Assembly: GCA_020346185.1 (NCBI GenBank)
Contig: CP070775.1
Span: forward strand, 918,297 to 982,296
DNA length: 64,000 nucleotides
Direction of reading: 5' to 3'
Source of the DNA: Betaproteobacteria bacterium
Lineage (GTDB): Bacteria; Pseudomonadota; Gammaproteobacteria; Burkholderiales; Eutrophovitaceae
This document shows, piece by piece, positions 58,116-64,000 of this stretch. The notes under the pieces were generated by a model, which saw only the letters and a list, made by a program, of their open reading frames with translations, was not told where the DNA came from and searched no databases. Made by a program: the position numbers and the translations under genes. Each line of letters starts with the position of its first letter. Position 1 is the stretch's first letter.

Positions 58116-58913
58116 ATGAATGACGACCTATACGAGATTCACGCCATCAAATACGCGCGGCTACACCGGCTCTCGCCCGACAACTTCATCGGCGGCGATC
58201 CTCACAATACCGATATGCCGCTTGACTACTACGTATGGACCGTCTCCAATGACTCACGCATTATCGTTGTCGACACCGGTTTCGGCCAGGCGGCGGCCGA
58301 GCGGCGCGGTCGCAGCATCGTGCGCCCGGTTGAAGAGGGTATCCGCGCACTCGGCATCAAACCCGACAAGGTTGCAGAGGTCGTGATCACGCACATGCAT
58401 TATGACCACGCCGGTAATCTGCCATTGTTCGCCAACGCAACGTTCCATCTGCAGGAGCAGGAAATGGATTTCGCAACCGGTCGCTGCATGTGTCACGAAA
58501 TCATGCGCCATGCCTATTACGTGACCGACGTCATCAACATGGTCCGCTGCGTATACGATCAGCGAGTGCGGTTCCATAATGGTGTGTCGGAAATCGCACC
58601 GGGAATTGAGCTGCATCACATCGGCGGGCACACCAAGGGCTTGCAAGCAGTCCGGGTCAAGACGCGCAGGGGTTGGGTCGTACTTGCCTCCGATGCGAGC
58701 CACTTTTATGCACACATGGAGCACGGTCGCGCATTCCCGATCGTCTATAACGTTTCCGACATGATGGAAGGGTTCGCGACCTTGCGAGAACTCGCCAGCT
58801 CACCACGGCACATCGTTCCGGGACACGACCCATTGGTCATGGAGCGCTATCCCGTGGCAAAAAAAGGAATGGAAGACTGGATCGTACGCCTCGACGCCGA
58901 TCCCGCATCCTGA
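58116..58913 (+). CDS. MBL-fold hydrolase, N-acyl-homoserine-lactonase-like family
   Basis: 265-aa ORF. HxHxDH motif (ITHMHYDHAGN), later GGHTKG and VPGHD. Confidence 0.8.
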   Translation: MNDDLYEIHAIKYARLHRLSPDNFIGGDPHNTDMPLDYYVWTVSNDSRIIVVDTGFGQAAAERRGRSIVRPVEEGIRALGIKPDKVAEVVITHMHYDHAGNLPLFANATFHLQEQEMDFATGRCMCHEIMRHAYYVTDVINMVRCVYDQRVRFHNGVSEIAPGIELHHIGGHTKGLQAVRVKTRRGWVVLASDASHFYAHMEHGRAFPIVYNVSDMMEGFATLRELASSPRHIVPGHDPLVMERYPVAKKGMEDWIVRLDADPAS

Positions 58914-59231
58914 TCTATATCACGCGCGACTGGCCGGTGCTAAACGCTCTCGCCGCCGAGCAAGCCGAGGACGCCGCGGCGCGCAACGCCGGATACCTGC
59001 GCTGGCGCAACCAAACATGCGCATTACACTACGATGATGAGTGGGATGCTCGATGCCGACAGGGCAAAACCTCTCTGCCAACTAACTGATAGTGTCTGAG
59101 CCAGACATGGCGCGAGCGGGGGGCAATTCGCTACGAGACCACTATCGAATCGCGCCACAGCGCGCCTCTGCTCCCTCCGCACCCTCGGCAGTGAAAGTTT
59201 TTCCCTCGACAAACTGAGCACGTTATGGTGT

Positions 59232-60086
59232 TCAGCGGGAAGGTTTGCCGCCGGGCCACACTGGCGACTGTCCCAACTGCGGCCAGGCCGCCGGCGCGCG
59301 GCAGGCTTTCTCCGCCTCCCGCGGGGGCAGTGAAGTATCCCACTGCGCCGCCACATAACGGTTGCCGTTGATGTCTTGGGCCGCGTCAGAGCATAACCAT
59401 ACGATCGGCGGCACCATCACCGACGGCGCGATCAACTCGCTGCGGGCAACACCGATATTATTGGGCACCATCGCCGTATCAGTAGGACCACCGGGCACCA
59501 CCACGTTGACCGTCACTCCGCTACCCACAAACTCCTGCGCATGCCCGAGGGACATGGATTCCAGTCCCGCCTTGGAAGGCCCGTAGGGGTGAAATCCGCC
59601 ACGCAGCATGGTGAAAAAACTGGTGGAGACATTGATAATGCGTCCCCACTTCTGTTCCAGCAGATGACCAATTGCCGCGCGCGTCATATTCCAGGCGCCG
59701 GAGAAATTCACTGCAATGAAACGTTGCCATAGTTCCGGTTTTATCTCCTGAATGCCGACCAGTCTCGAAAAATGATCCTCGCGTATGATCCCCATACCCA
59801 AGGCAGCATTGTTTATTAGAAGCTGCAATCCGCCAAACCGCTCAATGGTGCTTTGAACGGACTGCTCGCAGGCAGCGTAATCGGCAACGTCGACATGCTC
59901 GCATGCCAAGTGTAATGACCTGTACTTGCCACGCAGATCCCTCTCCAGCTCGCTCAGGGCCGCTTCGTTCACGTCCGTTGCGGCTACTTTCGCTCCTGCC
60001 CGAACAAGCCCGTCGACCAATACACGACCGATTCCCCCTGCGGCGCCAGTGACGATCGCTGTCTTACCCTTTAACAAATCCGCCAA
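59232..60086 (-). CDS. SDR-family oxidoreductase
   Basis: 284-aa ORF. Motifs TGAAGGIG, NNAA, and YGPSKAG. Confidence 0.85.
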   Translation of the reverse strand: MADLLKGKTAIVTGAAGGIGRVLVDGLVRAGAKVAATDVNEAALSELERDLRGKYRSLHLACEHVDVADYAACEQSVQSTIERFGGLQLLINNAALGMGIIREDHFSRLVGIQEIKPELWQRFIAVNFSGAWNMTRAAIGHLLEQKWGRIINVSTSFFTMLRGGFHPYGPSKAGLESMSLGHAQEFVGSGVTVNVVVPGGPTDTAMVPNNIGVARSELIAPSVMVPPIVWLCSDAAQDINGNRYVAAQWDTSLPPREAEKACRAPAAWPQLGQSPVWPGGKPSR

Positions 60087-60293
60087 TTTACTTTCCCCCT
60101 CTTCGCGCCGTTGTGCCCGCTTACCGCGGTGTTACGCAGGTGACCCGGCCGGTCCATCCTTGGTGACGCATCCATACGGGCAGTTGCGAACGTAACTATT
60201 CGTATTGTTCACGAAACCAACTGTAATGGACAGCATCAAGAAGCGGCGGCTGCATTGAGGTCAGCGCGCCTCATCGCAAAAGGAGGACAGACA

Positions 60294-61067
60294 ATGGAAC
60301 ACGCAGTCAGCGCCGGCCAGGCAGGTTCGGCAAATGAGCAAGTCAGGCAAGTCGGTGTCATGCGGGCTTTCGGTTGGCTTGAAAAGGGATGGGACGACTT
60401 CATTGACAACCCGATTCCGAGCCTCTCCCATGGGCTGGTTCTGATGGCGATGGGCTGGCTGATCGTTTTCATCTGCAGCACCCAGATTGAACTCCTGTCA
60501 CTATCCGTATCGGTGTTCTTGTTGGTCGGGCCGGTTTTAGGAGCAGGCTTTTATGCATTGTCGAGTTTGCGTGCCAGTGGCCTGAACGCAGGGTTCGACG
60601 ATTCGCTTGACGCGGCGATGAAGAACATCGGTTCACTTACCCGCCTTGGCGCAATCCTGGCAATCATCGCTGTACTGTGGGGCATCTTGTCAAGCGCCCT
60701 GTTCCGGCAGGCGTTTGGTGAGGATTTGCCGGAAGTACAAATCAGTTTCTATCGCACCATCCTTGAATGGCAAGAAACCGGTTTCTTCATCAGGTATGTC
60801 GCCAGTGGCGCGGTCCTCGCTGTCCCGGCGTTCGTCATTTCGGCACTCTCCGCACCTATGCTTTTTGACCGTGGCGGAAGCACCCGCCACGCGATCATGA
60901 TCAGCATCAAAGCAGTCGCACTAAATCCGTTAGCGATGCTAGTCTGGGCTGGGATCATCGTTGTATTGACCGCTATCGGTTTCGCCACCTTCATGGCAGG
61001 CCTGATCGTTGCCCTACCCGTGATCGGTCACGCGACATGGCACGCGTACAAGGATCTCGTCTCCTGA
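60294..61067 (+). CDS. DUF2189-type integral membrane protein
   Basis: ORF 60255..61067 trimmed to ATG 60294 (AAAGGAGG upstream). N-terminal FGWLEKGWDDF motif followed by ~5 TM helices, as I remember for DUF2189. Confidence 0.7.
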   Translation: MEHAVSAGQAGSANEQVRQVGVMRAFGWLEKGWDDFIDNPIPSLSHGLVLMAMGWLIVFICSTQIELLSLSVSVFLLVGPVLGAGFYALSSLRASGLNAGFDDSLDAAMKNIGSLTRLGAILAIIAVLWGILSSALFRQAFGEDLPEVQISFYRTILEWQETGFFIRYVASGAVLAVPAFVISALSAPMLFDRGGSTRHAIMISIKAVALNPLAMLVWAGIIVVLTAIGFATFMAGLIVALPVIGHATWHAYKDLVS

Positions 61068-61214
61068 CGACTCGGATCGCCAACGCGTGCCGGCAGAGGA
61101 CAGCCGTTTGCCGATACAAGTTCACATCGCAAACAACGAAATGCCCCGAGCGGCTTACTCTCCGTCACTACCTTGAGTCCACCTTACTTACAACTGCGAG
61201 CAAAACAATAAAGG

Positions 61215-61964
61215 TCAAGCTGCCACCACTCCACCATCAACCAGCAACTCGGCGCCGGTGATATACGATGCTTCATCGGAGGCGAGAAAGAGCAACGCGT
61301 ACGCCGCTTCTTCAACGCGCCCGGCACGGCGCAACGGAATGGTTTCGATGACCTTCTCTCGCAGCTTGGGATCTGCCGAAGCGATTGAAGTACGCATCGG
61401 CGGCATCAGCCCGGGGTGAACAGAATTAACACGAATACCATGCTTGCCATATTGCACTGCGGCTGATTTGGTCATCAGCCGAATGGCGCCCTTGGCGCCG
61501 TTGTATCCCATGTGAACAAACTCTTGCCCGACGATTCCGGACATCGAAGACATGTTAACAATGGATCCGCCACCCGCTCTCTGCATCACCGGGATGGCAT
61601 ACTTCATTCCCAGAAAGTTGCCGCGCGCGTTCACCGCCATGAGCTTGTCGAAATACGCCAGGTCCATTCGGTCGGGTACCGCACCACTCAACCCTGCATT
61701 GTTGATGAGAATATCGAGCCTGCCGTAGCGCGCCACGGTCGCATCTACCGCTGCTCGCCATTGTGTTTCATCTGTTACATCGAGTGCCATGAAATGCGCT
61801 TGACCGTCATCCTCGAGAATTGAAGATGCAACGCTTTCGCCTTGTTCTAGAAGTATGTCGGTGATAACCACCTTGGCACCCTCGCGCGCAAACAAGCGGG
61901 CAGCACTTTCGCCCATCCCCGACGCAGCGCCAGTAATGAGCGCTACTTTTTCTGCAAGTCTCAC
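61215..61964 (-). CDS. SDR-family oxidoreductase
   Basis: 249-aa ORF (GTG start, GAGGGGGG upstream). Motifs TGAASGMG, NNAG, and YNGAKGA. Confidence 0.88.
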   Translation of the reverse strand: MRLAEKVALITGAASGMGESAARLFAREGAKVVITDILLEQGESVASSILEDDGQAHFMALDVTDETQWRAAVDATVARYGRLDILINNAGLSGAVPDRMDLAYFDKLMAVNARGNFLGMKYAIPVMQRAGGGSIVNMSSMSGIVGQEFVHMGYNGAKGAIRLMTKSAAVQYGKHGIRVNSVHPGLMPPMRTSIASADPKLREKVIETIPLRRAGRVEEAAYALLFLASDEASYITGAELLVDGGVVAA

Positions 61965-61979
61965 TTGATTCCCCCCTCT

Positions 61980-62891
61980 TCACTGATAACGCCGAAGCAG
62001 ATACGTCGCCCGATAGCGCGTAGTCTTCAAGCCGGCATCATAGCAAGCCTGCGCCATAAACAGCCCGGAATTGCCCTCCGGAAGTCGGTTTCGAGGGTCG
62101 CACATCGGCCACCTACCAGCCGTCAGCACGTGCACTGCAACCAACCGCACAGGCGGCGCAATGCGCTGCCGACTCCTGGCTGCTGCTCTGCGAGCCGAGA
62201 TACAGCGCAACGTCACCACCAGCCTTGCCATTGATCCGCCCGCTAACAGCATGCCCGCGAAGCTATGGTGTGCATTCCTCGGCCCGCCACCACAGCCGTC
62301 AAGTTGCACAAACCGCCAAGGGCTGCCAATGCCAGACCGTTTGGTGACAAACGCACTAACGCAAGACCATGACGCACGCCACCAGGATACCTGCCTGACC
62401 GAACTGGCCATCACCACAGTCAACGCCCAATAAACAGTACAGGCAGCGCCGCCAGCGACTGGGCAAGGGGTTGCAGCCGTGCCCATCGAAAATCGGGAGG
62501 TCTCGACATTCCCGGCACCCGAGCCAAGACCACGCGGCAAACCAGTCGCACTCGCCCACAATGAGCAATTCACGGCATCAAACGCTGCAAGCATGGTCGA
62601 TGAAACTGAACGTGCGCTGCCCATTTGTTGTGCGGATTCGATATTGAAGGCGCTCCGGAAAGACTGACTGATCCACCGCCCACGGAGCGTGCCAGACGGG
62701 TGAGCCAGCCAAACTATCGCGGGTTCTTCAAGCACCCTCGTCGCGACAGTGTACTGCGCCGGCTCACCCGTTACGCTCATCGCTGTAGCTGTCTCGCTAC
62801 TGATTACGACCTCCCGAGACGAGCTGCTGCTGCCTGCCAACACTGGTATGAGAACCAAACGTCTGACGCTGCTCCGCTTGCGAGTCATCAC
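61980..62891 (-). CDS. Uncertain 303-codon ORF of atypical composition (orphan gene or decayed/non-coding region)
   Basis: An uninterrupted 912-nt frame. Its GTG-ATG start overlaps the AddA-like stop, and its stop lies 15 nt before the SDR start. The product has 32 Arg, 3 Lys, 9 Trp and 8 Cys by my count and no recognisable motif. Confidence 0.3.
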   Translation of the reverse strand: MMTRKRSSVRRLVLIPVLAGSSSSSREVVISSETATAMSVTGEPAQYTVATRVLEEPAIVWLAHPSGTLRGRWISQSFRSAFNIESAQQMGSARSVSSTMLAAFDAVNCSLWASATGLPRGLGSGAGNVETSRFSMGTAATPCPVAGGAACTVYWALTVVMASSVRQVSWWRASWSCVSAFVTKRSGIGSPWRFVQLDGCGGGPRNAHHSFAGMLLAGGSMARLVVTLRCISARRAAARSRQRIAPPVRLVAVHVLTAGRWPMCDPRNRLPEGNSGLFMAQACYDAGLKTTRYRATYLLRRYQ

Positions 62892-64000
62892 GTCGCTTCG
62901 TAGAGCAGGCCATCAGCAAATATCAAAGCCGACCTTACCCGCTTCTCCGGAAAGAGTTCGGATATCGCGGCACGGTAACTCTCGAGCTGCCCAAGGTACG
63001 GCCTTGCCGCCGTTGCCAAATCATCGACACGCGCCGGATCGCCGGTCTTGTAGTCGAGCACCCAGACTTCCTTGTCAAACTCGACGACGCGATCAATCCG
63101 CCGAAGCTCGCCGTCGGCAGACACATATGGAAGCTCTTTGAATGCTCGCAGGTATTGGCTGGCGTCGAAAAAATGCGCCAGGGATGGTTCATCAATGATG
63201 CGGCGCGCCGCTTTCCACAGGGAATCGAATTCGCTGTCTGACACGCCGAGTGTTTGACGCAAGAAGTCCCGATCACTCGTATCTGCTGGCGGAACACACT
63301 TTTCCATAAGCGCGTGTACCAAAATTCCTTGACGTCGTCGCGGGTCGACAAGATCACCGGTTCGCATACCAACGTTGAGCGGCTTGCGAAGCGATTCGAA
63401 TCGGCTGCCGTCCTGAACCAAAGGCGAGGCTGGCGATGTCACCGTTTCCGCCTCGGAGGCCTGCGGCAAATTCGAGGCATCGACGCTGGTATCGAGCGCG
63501 TAGCTAAGCTTCGCATACCAGCTTTCACCACGGTCGATGGTTTCACTGCCACTTGCGATAAAGACCTGCTGCGCCCGAGTCATCGCCACGTAAAGCAGAT
63601 TGATGTCCTCCCTGGCTGCAAGCATCATCTCCTGTTCGAATAGCGGCCCACGACGCTTGCCACGCTCATCCTTGCGACCGAAGAGCGAGAAATGCGTCGG
63701 CGCTGCGGCTTCAGGTGGCCAGTCGACCAGCACGTCGTAGCTATCAGTGCGTGCGGAAGCATTATTGGCGTCGAGCAGCCATACGACCGGCGCCTCCAAC
63801 CCCTTTGCCCCGTGCACAGTGAGTATTCGCACAGCATTCGAGCCCTCGGCGATGACGCCAACGTCGGGAGCTTCTTCAGCGGCGGCGCGCCGCATGTTTT
63901 CCAGTTCATGGAGAAAACCTTGTAGGCTGGGATAACGTCCGGAGTCAGTCGATAACGCCACTTCCATGAAAGCGTGCAGGTTTGCCGTGACACCGGCCTG
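62888..64000 (-). CDS. AddA-type UvrD-family helicase / PD-(D/E)XK nuclease, C-terminal ~370 aa; 5' end is outside the window
   Basis: The frame is open to the right window edge. Late helicase motifs (LTVHGAKGLEAPVV, LLYVAMTRA) and a C-terminal nuclease motif (IDRVVEFDKEVWVLDYKTG) are present. Confidence 0.85.
   Translation of the reverse strand, partial: QAGVTANLHAFMEVALSTDSGRYPSLQGFLHELENMRRAAAEEAPDVGVIAEGSNAVRILTVHGAKGLEAPVVWLLDANNASARTDSYDVLVDWPPEAAAPTHFSLFGRKDERGKRRGPLFEQEMMLAAREDINLLYVAMTRAQQVFIASGSETIDRGESWYAKLSYALDTSVDASNLPQASEAETVTSPASPLVQDGSRFESLRKPLNVGMRTGDLVDPRRRQGILVHALMEKCVPPADTSDRDFLRQTLGVSDSEFDSLWKAARRIIDEPSLAHFFDASQYLRAFKELPYVSADGELRRIDRVVEFDKEVWVLDYKTGDPARVDDLATAARPYLGQLESYRAAISELFPEKRVRSALIFADGLLYEAT

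Noticed and set aside
58916-59083. Coding-looking stretch after the MBL hydrolase gene (…ITRDWPVLNALAAEQAEDAAARNAGYLRWRNQTCALHYDDEW…*).
   Set aside because: Only ~50 codons follow the first possible start, third-position GC bias fades halfway, and there is no recognisable family. It may be a gene fragment but cannot be supported as a feature.

Overview
Moderately GC-rich proteobacterial chromosomal segment. Gene content and the Tol-Pal layout look beta- or gamma-proteobacterial, but the taxon cannot be fixed from the sequence alone. Coding is dense: I can support about 58 protein-coding genes, 2 multi-lesion pseudogenes, 1 insertion-sequence relic, a few terminators and regulatory sites, and several repeats. 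I saw no rRNA, tRNA or CRISPR array. Landmarks from left to right:
- 3' part of aceE
- an XRE regulator followed by feoA, feoB and a Cys-rich feo gene, with a Fur-box-like site at the feoA start
- a cold-shock gene with a long leader
- maeB and oxyR
- a complete tolQ-tolR-tolA-tolB-pal-cpoB cluster
- pgpA
- many oxidoreductase and hydrolase genes (five SDRs, a CoA-transferase/enoyl-CoA hydratase/alpha-beta hydrolase trio, amidohydrolases, MBL hydrolases)
- 3' part of an AddA-type helicase-nuclease gene at the right edge

Decay and mobile traces are a TRAP permease (dctQM) relic, a frameshifted Zn-ADH/quinone oxidoreductase, and an IS5/IS1182-type transposase relic in a small AT-richer islet next to csp.

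Hunt result: I did not find a convincing, clearly novel multi-gene system, and there are no defence-island hallmarks. The items most worth a second look are:
- a translationally coupled gene pair encoding an unassignable polytopic membrane protein and a VWA lipoprotein (18585-20725)
- a Pal lipoprotein carrying a ~150-aa Glu/Arg/Gln-rich insertion built partly from a 141-bp tandem duplication
- an HtrA-like/PDZ protein in which all three catalytic residues appear substituted
- a 16-bp perfect inverted repeat bracketing 224 bp
- a tightly packed 303-codon ORF of very atypical composition between the AddA-like gene and an SDR gene

All family assignments are by-eye motif recognition. No database search was run.
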